From: Mobula birostris
Lineage: Eukaryota
DNA: 64,000 bases
Reading direction: 5' to 3'
Assembly (NCBI RefSeq): GCF_030028105.1
Contig: NC_092378.1
Location: forward strand, 100,925,731-100,989,730
Numbering within the stretch: the first letter of the stretch is position 1; each line of letters starts with the position of its first letter. The notes under the pieces were generated by a model that was given only the letters and a program-made list of their open reading frames with translations, was not told the origin of the DNA and did not search any database. Position numbers and translations under genes: made by a program. Positions 52,001-62,574 of the stretch are shown here, piece by piece.

Positions 52001-54287
52001 AAGCCCTGGTCCTTGGATACCACTGACTAGGCATTGCAGTTTCATTGTCAAAAATGTGCTACCTGGGTTCAACATGTTCTTGTGCTGGAAAGGTCTAAGC
52101 TGTTTCTGGTGTGGAGGTTTTGGAATTGCCGCAATAGTTGAAAGGTCCAAGAAGGGAGGGGGCATGTCAGGACATAGAGTCTTAGAAAAGTATAGCAATA
52201 GAAACAGACCCTTTGACCCATCTAGTCTATGCTGAACCATTTAAACTGCCTATTCCCAATTGACCTGCACCCAGGACCATAGTCTCCATACCTCTACCAT
52301 CTATGAACCTATCCAAACTTCTCATAAACATTGAAATCGAGCTTGCATGCACCACTTGCACTGGCAGCTCATTCCACACTCTCACAACTCTCTGAGTGAA
52401 GAACTTTCCCCTCATGTTTCCCTTAAACTTTTAACCCTTAACCCATGACCTCCAGTTGTAGTCCCACCCAACCCCAGAGGAGAAAGCCTGTCTACATTTA
52501 CCCCTCATAATTTTGTATACTTTGGTCAAATCTTCTATGTTCCAAGGAATAAAGTTCTAACCTATTCAATCTTTCCCATATAACTCAGCTCCTCCAGATA
52601 CGGCAACATCCTTGTAAATTGGCGAACAGGTAGAGTCTTGATAGTCCAAATGCAGAGGTAAATACTTGATAAAGATAAACTTTATTTTGTCACATGTACT
52701 TTGAAACATCGGAACTTACATTGAACTGCATTGTTTGCATCAAATCAGCAATGATTGTGCTGTGCTTGTGAGGAAGTGTCGCTACGCTTCCTGTGCCAAC
52801 ACAGCACGCCGACAGCTCACTAAACCCAACCCGTACATTTTTGGAATGTGGGAGGAATGCAGAGCACCCGGAGGAAACCCAGGCTATCGCGGAGAGAACG
52901 CACACACTCCTTACAGCCGGCGGTGGGGACTGAACCATGATCTTCCGATCGCCGGTTGCCGCCACCGCGATACAAGGGCATTGGTCGGCAGGTGGGGGTG
53001 ATTGACATTGAGTGCATACAATGCAGGAAGGGGCTGACGAAGAAGGCAAATTATTCACCCTCCGGGTAGATACTGGATTTTGCTGTGCCTAACAAAATCG
53101 CGTTTGTTAATTATCAATTGGCTTGATGCTATTATATGGACATTTCCCTCGTAAGTGTTTGCAATGGTGGACAGCACCGGGGTGGAATTTCCAAAGTGAA
53201 GCAAATTCACCCAGGAAAGCCTATTTTCATGTCTCATTGTTGAAATAAAATCCAAATATATAATGGTTATAAAAGTCTGAACAATTACATGTGTAGATGA
53301 TATACTTCTATTGTTTCTCCCTTATCCGTAGTAATGGTTGTAGCCTCCAAGTGTTCTAACATTGTCAAATATTATCCCCCTTTCATGAGGTTACATGGAT
53401 TTTACAAGTACTTCTCTAGTAATGGATCCCAGCGGTTTCGCACATCTGGCGAAAGAGTACGAAAGCGCGGAAGTAGGAGAATGGAATTTTTAGGGTCTCG
53501 GCCCGAAACGTCGACTGTATTTTTCCCCCATAGATGCTGCCTGGCCTGCTGAGTTCCTCCAGCATTTTGTGTTGAATGATCTGTTCCTTATCTTTCAGAA
53601 ATTGTGGGCCCAGGCAGAATCTCCCAGTGCCACGGGGAGCTGCACTGTCGGAGATGCCGGCTTTTGAATGTGATACAAAACTGAGTTCTTGTTTGTTCCT
53701 CCCTCACCACCCCCCCTAGGTAAATCCGCAAGACCCACGGCGGTATACAAACAACCGGAGGAGTCAGCCAATGGTTCGGCGAATGTTTATACCGCAACCA
53801 TAAGTGGGCTGAAATAGATCATCTCTACGGGATCTTGCTCTGCATTTGCCTGGTACCGTGATTCGCGCAGTAACCCCGCTTTCAAAAGCGACTTCATTGA
53901 CTTTGGGAAATGCTGAAGGGGGCCACTGAACAGGGAGGTCTTTCTGCGGAGGGCGTGGGGAACTGACCTGTATGGGTTCATGTTGCAGATGGTGATGGCA
54001 GGGAAGGGAATCTCCTGGAATTGGACGGTGATGGCGACGGAAGCAGTGTAGTAGGAGGCGATGAGAAGAGCGCACTGCCAAAAAATGATCCCCACGGCGC
54101 CAAGGGTCAGGATCACCCAGATTGCCCGTCGCAGCCGGCCTTTAGACACCACAATCCTGCGGCAGCCGTGGGTGTTGGTGTTGTAGCAGTACCACCGTGC
54201 TAACTCATAGATGTTTGCTGCTTGTGGCCCCGTCACTGGCAGCTTCTCCTTGATCTTCTCTTTCAGTCGCTTTGTCTCCGATTCCAT
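33018..54287 (-). CDS. SCNN1G: Epithelial sodium channel gamma subunit, complete spliced CDS (12 coding exons, 1950 nt incl. stop, 649 aa)
   Basis: Exons 53968-54287, 49490-49796, 49165-49361, 47828-47931, 46442-46605, 44251-44349, 44040-44157, 38540-38618, 36411-36468, 34782-34843, 34025-34100 and 33018-33383 join in frame with compatible phases. Gamma-type motifs: [25 protein letters not shown] (HG motif), [35 protein letters not shown] and a C-terminal PPTY. Confidence 0.96.
34025..34100 (-). CDS. SCNN1G: SCNN1G exon 12
   Basis: (K)[25 protein letters not shown]; 76 nt; acceptor ttaacag, donor GTAAGT; not in the ORF track. Confidence 0.92.
34782..34843 (-). CDS. SCNN1G: SCNN1G exon 11
   Basis: [20 protein letters not shown]; 62 nt; donor GTAAGT; not in the ORF track. 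Confidence 0.92.
36411..36468 (-). CDS. SCNN1G: SCNN1G exon 10
   Basis: (H)[19 protein letters not shown]; 58 nt; AG/GTGAG boundaries. Confidence 0.93.
37385..37710 (+). mobile_element. RTE/Expander-5'-UTR-like non-autonomous element with (GTAA)n tail
   Basis: accttgtc..ggtttgga..caatgacccagagag..gtagggtcaccca..ccagactaagag head; gtaagtaagt tail. Confidence 0.5.
37791..38083 (+). mobile_element. V-domain tRNA-SINE (HE1-like)
   Basis: gggttcaattcc B-box; tttcctccaggtgctctggtttcctcccacagtccaaagac. Confidence 0.8.
38540..38618 (-). CDS. SCNN1G: SCNN1G exon 9
   Basis: Acceptor cttttcccatag; (I)[25 protein letters not shown]; donor GTAAGT; 79 nt; not in the ORF track. Confidence 0.93.
39135..40258 (+). 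mobile_element. RTE-clade (BovB-like) LINE, 5'-truncated and degenerate
   Basis: [51 protein letters not shown]; (TGA)n tail. Confidence 0.88.
40330..40700 (-). mobile_element. Penelope-like element 3' end (second family) with a mutated hammerhead
   Basis: Minus-strand [10 protein letters not shown] (GIY-YIG C-terminal region) followed by CUAAUGA-A-GAUGGCA..UGUCAUU-GAA-ACGU-U. Confidence 0.7.
41785..42180 (+). mobile_element. RTE-tailed SINE (Bov-A-like segment)
   Basis: gaaggtggcaatggcaaac...tgccaagaa segment and a (TGA)n-like tail. Confidence 0.55.
43630..43850. mobile_element. Palindromic Penelope-derived terminal-repeat element
   Basis: acacacaaaatgctggaggaactc...gcattttgtgtgt inverted arms; hammerhead core on the minus strand at 43691-43727. 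Confidence 0.8.
44040..44157 (-). CDS. SCNN1G: SCNN1G exon 8 (thumb, Cys-rich)
   Basis: [39 protein letters not shown]; 118 nt; donor GTGAGT; not in the ORF track. Confidence 0.95.
44251..44349 (-). CDS. SCNN1G: SCNN1G exon 7 (ends at a GC donor)
   Basis: [33 protein letters not shown]; 99 nt; donor CAG|GCAAGA. Confidence 0.9.
44502..45465. mobile_element. Tigger/pogo-like MITE with a nested RTE-like insert (~44880-45290)
   Basis: Imperfect TIRs ta(t)agtggggttctggttaatt / caattgactggaatctactgta with TA flanks. Confidence 0.6.
46442..46605 (-). CDS. SCNN1G: SCNN1G exon 6
   Basis: [55 protein letters not shown]; 164 nt. Confidence 0.95.
47828..47931 (-). CDS. SCNN1G: SCNN1G exon 5
   Basis: [34 protein letters not shown]; 104 nt; AG/GT boundaries. 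Confidence 0.95.
48375..48665 (-). mobile_element. Penelope-like 3' terminal repeat (same young family as 26139-26370), SCNN1G intron 4
   Basis: Near-identical to 26139-26370 over the shared part (ctctaggaagaggtacagtcgacgtttc...actaactgaaagaagagctagtaagag). Confidence 0.85.
48477..48514 (-). ncRNA. Minimal type I hammerhead ribozyme motif on the SCNN1G sense strand
   Basis: UAGUC-CUGACGA-AGG GUCUCGG CCU-GAA-ACGU-C^GACUG. Confidence 0.72.
49165..49361 (-). CDS. SCNN1G: SCNN1G exon 4
   Basis: [38 protein letters not shown]...[14 protein letters not shown]; AG/GT boundaries; 197 nt. Confidence 0.95.
49490..49796 (-). CDS. SCNN1G: SCNN1G exon 3 (finger/GRIP domain with furin site RARR)
   Basis: Acceptor tctctctacag; reads [16 protein letters not shown]...RARR...IPLL...MIGFKL; donor GTGAGT; 307 nt. 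Confidence 0.93.
50310..51695 (-). mobile_element. Penelope-like retroelement fragment (RT thumb, GIY-YIG region, 3' repeat), degenerate
   Basis: [36 protein letters not shown]; degenerate hammerhead at 50365-50402. Confidence 0.8.
52180..52620 (-). mobile_element. CR1 LINE 3' fragment
   Basis: [17 protein letters not shown]. Confidence 0.75.
52672..52995 (-). mobile_element. V-domain tRNA-SINE (HE1-like)
   Basis: Reverse complement ttctctccgcgatagcctgggtttcctccgggtgctctgcattcctcccacattccaaa. Confidence 0.75.
53968..54287 (-). CDS. SCNN1G: SCNN1G first coding exon (exon 2): N-terminus, HG motif, TM1
   Basis: [22 protein letters not shown]...[11 protein letters not shown]. Donor AG|GTCAGT at 53967. 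Candidate acceptor cctcctcccgtgccag at 54308, 20 nt before the ATG. Confidence 0.95.
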
Positions 54288-55380
54288 AGTGTCTTCACAA
54301 CAGCGCCCTGGCACGGGAGGAGGCATTAAAACTGGACGGGAAGCGCGAGCAGAGTTGCATTTTACTGCCTCACGTTCCTTCCCTCCCACTCACTTCACTC
54401 CCCTCCCCTCAATGGCACCCTCCCCTTTTTGACTTGTCACACATACAATCTCTTCCCCTCCCCTCAGTTGTACACTCACCCCTTTCCCCTGGCATTGTAC
54501 AGTGTAAATGTTGCTTCCCCCGAGTTTGATTGTTAACCCAGGAAAGGGGGCCAGAGAGCGCGGAAACTCTCTGTGAGCGAAATCGGTGGGGGTGTAAAAC
54601 AGGCACTGGACTTCGAGCACGGGACTGCCGGCTCGCTTGTTCGTTTGGTTGATGTTATTCATGATACAAGCAGCAGCCGGCAGCAAAGAAACAACGCCCT
54701 GATCGGGCCAAATCATAATCAGTACACACTTCCAGAGAACAAGCAAGTGTGGCCAAAAATTGTGGGACCCATTAGGCGGAAAGAAAAATGGGATCTGGAA
54801 CCCCAGAAATGAAAAGATGAATGAACTTTTAAAATATATATTCAACTTCTTTCTATATGCAAATCAATTTAAATATTTAATTGGAATTGGTCAAGTCTCC
54901 AAATTGTTCTGGGATGGGGGAGAGATTTAATTTCCCTTTAGAAAGTGTTTCATCCCCTAGATTCCTAGATCATTTGGATATATATTTCTAAACTCCAGAC
55001 ACTGGTTAAATCCATAAATCCAAGTTTCCTCAGATCACATCGTCTACTATCAGCCACTTACTCTTTGAGTCATAAAAAAGGCATTCAAATACGAGTAACA
55101 CATACAAATTTCTAGAGGAACTCAGCAAGTCGGGCAGCATCTATGAAGGGAAATAGACAACGTTTCGGGCCCAGACCTTCAGCATTTTGTTTTTGTTACT
55201 CAAGATTTCTAGCATCTGCAGAAACTCTTGTGAATCAGATATGATATTTTCTTTAATTTAGTAATGAATTTTCACCAATGAGTTCAGTTTATTTTATCCC
55301 ACTGTTCTTTTTCCAATATTACTTTAGTTTAAATGACTTTCTGGTGGAGATCGACTCGTACATTAAAGGGTTTGACCTAC

Positions 55381-55630
55381 CTGTGTGGGGAGCGTGGGTC
55401 ACCAAACTGTAGTTAAACTGGGTGCGAGACCGCGTCCGATTCTCAGCCACGACCACAGTCACAGCACAAGAGAAGAGAAGGGGGTTGGATTCGGCTTGTC
55501 GGACTCTGCTGACAGCTGCTTCACATTCACTGATTGATTGATCTATTGGTCAGGGAAACCGAGAGAGCAAAGAAAACGTGCGGGTATTTGAGGGGTGTGG
55601 ATAACATTTGCAAGGCCAGTGTTTACTGTT
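55381..55630 (-). promoter_or_regulatory. Candidate non-coding exon 1 and promoter of SCNN1G
   Basis: Strong donor CAG|GTAGGT at 55381/55380 in non-repetitive, CpG-containing sequence ~1.1 kb upstream of the exon 2 acceptor. CCAAT on the minus strand near 55545. Mammalian SCNN1G has a non-coding first exon. The TSS is not determinable from sequence. Confidence 0.4.
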
Positions 55631-56299
55631 TTCCATAGTTATTAAATAGTGATTGATGTTACAAACGAGGGACCTGTTCGACCACTTCATGGGATAATAG
55701 GGGGACAAACATTGGTACAGGTTCTACCTGTTGGCTTTGGTCTGAGACCTAAACAGCACAAGGGTCTACGCCCAAACTACTCAGACTCTGATGAAATCCT
55801 TCCTCATACATTGTAGGTGACAGGGCGACTTAAAGTTGGAATAAGGGGCATCACCGCTGACAGTAAGCCTGTACCCATCGTGTGATAACCCACGCCGATT
55901 TTAACACCCAATCAATAATCAATATGGGCTATACTGTATCATAAAGCACAATAAATTACGGGTTGAATAAAGATTGTTTATTTAATACAACGTGTCAGTG
56001 ATTTTGTTTCTCCTACCCCACTGAATCCGCAACGGAGAACAGTCCGAACTACAGGTGTCCTGCCAGGGATGCGAGTTCGGCAGAACCAGCCCCGTGTTTC
56101 GCAAACAAGCCAGGGTCGTACTGCTCCCTAATGGCCGACCGTCAGCTTCGCAGCACGACAGACTTGCACACGAGCGGCTGAAAACTGCGAGAGGAACACA
56201 CACAAAATGTTACGTTGTCTCCCTGGCGCCAGGATCGGGGAGGGATGTCTCGGATCGTGTCATGGCATTCTCAGGAGTGAAGGTGAGCGGCTAAAAGTA

Positions 56300-59200
56300 T
56301 TGGTATATTGGTACCGAATGACATAGGTAGACAAGCTGAGGAGGTCCCCAAAGAGAGATTTTAGGGAGCAAGGTAGAAAGCTAAGAAACAGGACCTCCAG
56401 GGTAGTAATCTCTGGATTGCTGCCTGTGCCACGTGCAGGTGAGGGTAAGAAAAGGTTGATTTGGCAGGTGAATCCATGGCTGAGGAACTAGTGCAGGGAA
56501 CAAGGGTTCAGATTTATTGATCATTGGGATCTCTTCTGGGGTAGGTATGACCTGTACAAAAGGGAAGGGTTACACCAGAACCTGAGGGGAACCCATGTCC
56601 TTGTGGGCAGGTTGGCTAGAGATGTTCAGGTAGGTTTGGTAGGAGGATGGGAACTGAGTGATAGTACTGAAGATGAGCTAGTTGGTTTACAAACAGGTAG
56701 TGTGTAGTGAGACTCCTAGCAAGGTGAGGCTGTTGATAGGGTGAAATTGCAGTCAACAGGATGAGATGCAATGTAAAAGGCAGACAAAATTGAAAAGGAT
56801 GAACACAGGACCGAAGGTGCTATACAGTATTTGAATATGTGCAGAATACGGAATAAGGTCGATGAATTTGTAGCACAGTTACAAATTGTCATGGATGATG
56901 TTGCAGGTATCACAGAATCATGGCCGAAAGAAGAACGTAGCTGGGATCTTAATGTCCAATAATACACATTGTATCGAAAGGACAGGCAGGAAGGCAAATG
57001 GGGCGGCATGGGTCTGTTGGTAAAAAATGAAAGTAAATCATTAGAAGAAGGTGACATAGGGTTGGAAGGTGTTGAGCCATTGTGGATAGAGCTAAGGAAC
57101 TGAAAGGGTAAATAGATCCTGCTGGGAGTTATATACAGACCCCCAAACAGTGGTAAAGATGTGGTCTATAAGTTACAATGAGGGATAGAAATTGCATGGC
57201 AAAAGGCAATGTTACATTAGTCATGGGGGATTTATTTCAATATGATTGGGAAAATCAAGTTGTTCCTGGATTCCATGAGGGGGAATCTCTAAAATGCCGA
57301 TTTTTAGAGCAGCTCATATTTGAACTCACCAGAGGATCAGCTATTCAAGATTGGGTTTTGTGCAATGAAATGGAATTGATCGGAGAGCTTAAGATAAAGG
57401 AACCTTTATTGGCAAGTGATCATAATATGATCGAATTCACCCTGAAATTTGAGAAGGAGAAGCTAAAGTCAGATGTATTAGTATTATAATGGAGTAAAAG
57501 GAATTTCAGAGGCATGCGAGGGGGGTTGGCCAGAATTGATTGGAAAAGAACTCTGCGAGGGATGATGATAGAGCAACAATAGCTGGAATTTTTGGAAGCA
57601 ATTCAGCAGGGACAGGATAGATACATCCACAGGAAGAAGTAATCCTAAAGGCAAGATGTCACAACGGTGGCAAACAAGAGGTCAAAGTCAACATAAAATT
57701 CAAAGAGTGGGCATATAATAGACCAAAAATTAGTGGGAAGTTAGAAGATTGGGAAGCTTTTAAAAACCATCAGAAGGCAAATAAAAAAGTCATTAAGAAG
57801 GAAAAGATGGAATATGAAAGTTTTCCTCTTTAACATTAAAGAGGATACCAAGAGTTTCTTCAGATACATACAGTAAATTATAAAAGAAAGATGAGAATGG
57901 ATATTGGACTGCTGGAAAATGATGCTGGAGGTGGAGTAATGGGGGACAATGAAATGGCAGATGAAATGTATCAGTATTTTGCACGAGTCTTCACTGTGGA
58001 AGATAGTGTCAGGGGTCATGAAGTGTGTGAAGTTACCATTACTAAGGAGAAGGTTCTTAGGAAACCAAATGGTCTGAAGGTAGATAAGCCACTTGGACTG
58101 GATGGTGTACACCCTAGGGTTCTGAAAGATGTGGCTGAAGAGATTGTGGAGGCATTAGTAATGATCTTTCAAGAATCACTAGATTCTGGAATGGTTCTGG
58201 AAAACTGCAAATGTCACTCCACTCTTCAACAAGGGAGAGAGGCGGAAGAAAGGAAACTATAGGCGAATTAGTCTGATCTCAGTGGTTGGGAAGATGTTGG
58301 AGTCGATTGTTAAGGATGTGGTTTTGGGGTACTTGGAAGCACATGATGAAATAGGCCATAGTCAGCATGGTTTCCTCAAGGGAAAATTTTGCCCGACAAA
58401 TCTGTTGGAATTCTTTGAAGAAATAACAAGCAGGATAGACAAAGAAGAATCGATGGATATTGTGTACTTGGATTTTCAGAAGGGCTTTGACAAGGTGCCA
58501 CACATGAGGCTGCTTAACAAATTACAAGCCCATGCCATTACAGGAAAGTTTCTAGCATGGATAAAGCAGTGGCTGATTGGCAGAAAGAAAAGAGTGGGAA
58601 TAAAGGGAGCCTTTTCTGGTTGGTTGCTCGTGACTTGCAGTGTCCACAGTGGTCTGCGTTTGGACTGATTCTTTTAATGTCAATGACGTGGATGATGGAA
58701 TTGATGGCTTTGTGGCAAGGTTTGCAGACAAAACAAAGATAGATGGAGGGGCAGGTAGTTTTGAGGAAGTAGCGAGGCTACAGAAGGACTTAGATTAAGA
58801 AATTTGGCAAAGAAGTGGCAGATGGAATATAGTGTCGGAAAGTGTATGGTCATGCACTTTGGTAGAGAAATTAAAGGGTTGGCTACCTTCTAAACAGAGA
58901 GAAAATACAAAAATCTGAGTGCAAAGGGACTTGGAAGTCCTTGAGCAGGATTCCCTAAAGGTTAATTTGCAGATTGAGTCTGTGGTGAGGAAAGCAAATG
59001 CATTCATTTCGGGAGGACTAGAATATAAGAGCAAAGATATAATATTGAGACTTTATGAAGCACTGGTGAGGACTTACTTGAAATATTGTTAGCACTTTTG
59101 TGCCACTCATTTTAGAAAAGATGTTTTGAAACTGGAGAAGGTTCGAAGGAGGTTCACGTAAATGATTCCAGGATTGATGTTTGTCATATGAAGAATGTTT

Positions 59201-59555
59201 GATACTTCTGAGCCACTGTTCGCTGGAATTCAGAAGAATGAGAGGTAACCTAATTGCAACCTATTAAATGGTGAAAGGCATTGATAGAATGGATATGGAG
59301 GAGATGTTTCCTATGGTGGGCTCCTCTAGTGGACACAGCCTCAGAACAGAGAGGCGTTCTTTTAGAATGGAGATGAGAAGGAATTTCTTTAGCTAGAGAG
59401 TGGTGAATCTATGGAATTCATTGCCCCAACTGTGGAGGCCAAGTCTTTATGTATACTTAAGACAGAAGGTGATAGGTTAGGGGATGAAGGGATACTGGGG
59501 TGGGGGTGGGGGTGTGGAGGGGTGGCAGGAGATCGGGGCATGATAAAATGGCCCA
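56300..59555 (+). mobile_element. Degenerate long CR1 LINE (ORF1 esterase part, endonuclease, RT)
   Basis: RVVISGLLPVP-type ORF1, YRPPN / SDHNMIEF endonuclease, YLDFQKGFDKVPH RT; many stops and frameshifts. Confidence 0.9.
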
Positions 59556-59872
59556 ATAGGAAAGGTGAAGAAGCCAAAATAAGCTGGGGGTGGGGGGGGG
59601 GGTTGAGGCTGAAGTGAGAAGCTGGGAGGTCATAGGTAAAATAGGTAAAGGGCTTAAGAAGAGATCATCTCAACTTCAGCATTCCTGCCTTCTCTATGTA
59701 CCTTACCTTCCCTCCACACTGTACGCACTGTCCTCCATTCTCTCTGTACCAATCCCAACCTCACCATCAAACCTGCAGACTGGGGGGAGGGGGTTGCTGT
59801 TGTAGTCTGGTGGACTGATTTCTACCTTAATGAGGCCAGGTGTCAACTCTTAGACACCTCCTCTTACTTACC

Positions 59873-62574
59873 ATAAGATCATAAGACATAGGAACAGAAT
59901 TAGGCCATTTGGCCCATCAAATCTGCTCCACCATTTTATCTTGGCTGATCCAATTTTCCTCTCAGCCTCAATCCCCTGCCTTCTTCCCATATACCTTCAT
60001 GCCCTGACCAATCAAGAATCTTTCTGGTCCAGATGACTTACCTACCTTGAGACCTTTCAGTTTCCGAAGAACCTTCTCTCTAGTAATGGTAACTTTACAC
60101 ACTTCATGCCCCTAACACCTGGGACTTCCACCATACTGCTAGTGTCTTTCACAGTGAAGACTGATGCAAAATACTTATTCAAGTCATCTGCCATTCCGTT
60201 GTCCCCCATTACTACCTCTCCAGCATCATTTTCCAGGAGTTCAATATCCACTCTCACCTCCTTTACACTTTATGTATCTGAAGAAACCTTTGGTATTCAC
60301 TTTAATATTGGCTAGCTTGCTTTTGTATTCCATCTTTACCTTCTTAATGACTTTTTAGTTGCCTTCTGTTGGTATTTAAAAGCTTCCCAATCCTCTAACT
60401 TCCCACTAATTTTTGCTCTATTATATGCCCTATTATTTGGCTTTGACTTCTCTTGTTCGCATGGTTGTGTCATCTTTCCTTTAGAATACTGCGTCCTCTT
60501 TGGGATGTAGATATTTTGTGCCTTCAGAATTGCTTCCAGAAATTTCAGCCATTACTGCTCTGCCATCATCCCTGCCAGTGTTCTTTTCCAATCAATTTTG
60601 GCCAGCTCCTTTCTCATGCCTCTGTAATTCCCTCTACTGCACTCTAATACTGATACATCTGATTTTAGCTTCTCCTTCTCAAATTTCAGGGTGAATTTGA
60701 TCAACTTATGATCACTTTCCATTTAGGGTTCTTTTACCTTAAGCTCTCTAATCAATTCTGGTTCATTGCACAAAACCCAATCTAGAATAGCTGGTCCTCT
60801 GGTGGGCTCAACCATGAGCTGCTGTATAAAGCCATCTCATAGGCACTCCAGAAATTCCCCCTCCTGTAATCTAGCACCAACCTGATTTTCCCAATCTTCC
60901 TGCATATTGAAATCCCCCATGACCATTGTAACATTGTCCATTTGGCATTCATTTTCTATCTCCCATTGTAATTTGGAGGCCACATCCATACTACTGTTTG
61001 GGGGTCTGTATACAACTCCCAGTAGGGTATATTTACTCTTGCAGTTCCTTAGTTCTATCCACAATGATTCAACACCTTTGACCCTATGTCACCCCTATCT
61101 AATGATATAATTTCATTTTTTACCAGCAGAGCAACTCCAGTCCCTCTGCCTTTCTGCCTATCCTTTCGATACAATGTGTATCCTTGGACATTCACCTCCC
61201 AGCTATAATCTTTTAGCCATGAGTCCGTGATGCCTACAAACATCATACCTGCTAATCTGCAACCGTGCTGCAAGTTCATCCACTTTATTCTGTATACTGC
61301 ACGCATTCAGATACAACACCTTCAGTCCTATATTCACCCTTTTCGATTTTGTCACACTATGTTCAAACTTTTGATTCCTAACTTGGGGTGAAGTCTTACC
61401 AACATCGGCCTCCACAACCTCTCCACTCACTGTTCTGGCACTCTGGTTCCCATCCCCCTGCAACTCTAGTTTAAACTCCACCATGCAGCATTAACAAACC
61501 TTCCTGTTAAGATATTAGTCCCCTCCAGTTCAGGTGCAAACCATTCCTTCTGTACATGCCCCACCTTCCTAAAAGAAAGACCAATGATCCGAAAATCTTA
61601 TGCCCTCCCTCCTACACCAACTCCTTAGCCAAGTATTAAACTGTATAATCTTTCTGTTCCTGGCCTCACTTGCATGTGGCTTGGGTAGCAATCCTGAGAT
61701 CACAACTCTGGAGGTCCTGCCCTTTAATTTAGCACCTAACTCCCTGAACTCCCTATGCAGAACCTCATCACTCGTCCTAACCATGTCATTGGTTCTTACA
61801 CGGACGACGACCTCAGGCAGTTCATCCTCCCACTTATGAATGCTAAGCAGTCGATCCGAGGTATCCTGGACCTAGGCACTCAGGAGGCAACATAGCATCT
61901 GGGAATCTCATTCTCGCTCACAGAACCTCCTGCCCGTTTCTCTAACAAACCAATCAAGAAGAGAGCATGCCTCTTTTTCCCCCTTCCCGTCTGAGTCACA
62001 GGGGCAGACTCAGTGCCAGAGACCTGATCACTGTGACTTTCTTCTGTTAGGTCATCCCCCACCCCGGACAGTATCCAAAGTGATATACCTGTTGTTGAGG
62101 GGGATGGACGCAGAGGTACTCTGCACTGGCTCCGTAACTCCTTTCCCCTTCCTGACTGTCACCCAGTTTCCTGTATCCTGCACTATCTATCACCTGCTTG
62201 TCCCCCCAAATGATCCGGAGTTCATTCAATTCCAGCTCCAACTCCTTAACGCGGATTGTTAGAAGCTGCAGCTGAATGCACTTCTCATGGTTACAGTGGT
62301 CAGAGATACTGGATGTCTTTCTGCCTTCCCACATCCTGCAAGTGCCGTATTGCACTATCCTGCCTGTCATCTCTACCTAGCTGAGTAGATATAAAGAAGA
62401 GAAGGAGAAAAAAGGAGAAAAAAACTTGAGCTTTGCTTTCTCTGAGTGAAGCCTCGAAGAGCTAAAACCACTCTGACTCTGTCCACTCCGACGATGGCTG
62501 CTGTGCTTGCCTCTGCCTGCCTTTAATTTGCTCTTACTAATTAATCCCAAACACCGATTGGCCGCTGGTCAAAG
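59873..62574 (-). mobile_element. CR1 LINE with 5' end, ORF1 and endonuclease but most of RT deleted
   Basis: RVVISGLLPKP, LKVLYLNACSIQNK, GVVYRPPNSS; jumps to the 3' tail (ctatgtcttatgatcttatg) near 60030. Confidence 0.85.

Noticed and set aside
54288-54389. 34-aa N-terminal extension of gamma-ENaC in the ORF track
   Set aside because: Begins at a non-ATG codon, crosses a plausible splice acceptor at 54308, and homology starts at MESETK. An upstream in-frame ATG (MPPPVP) lies within the acceptor tract.
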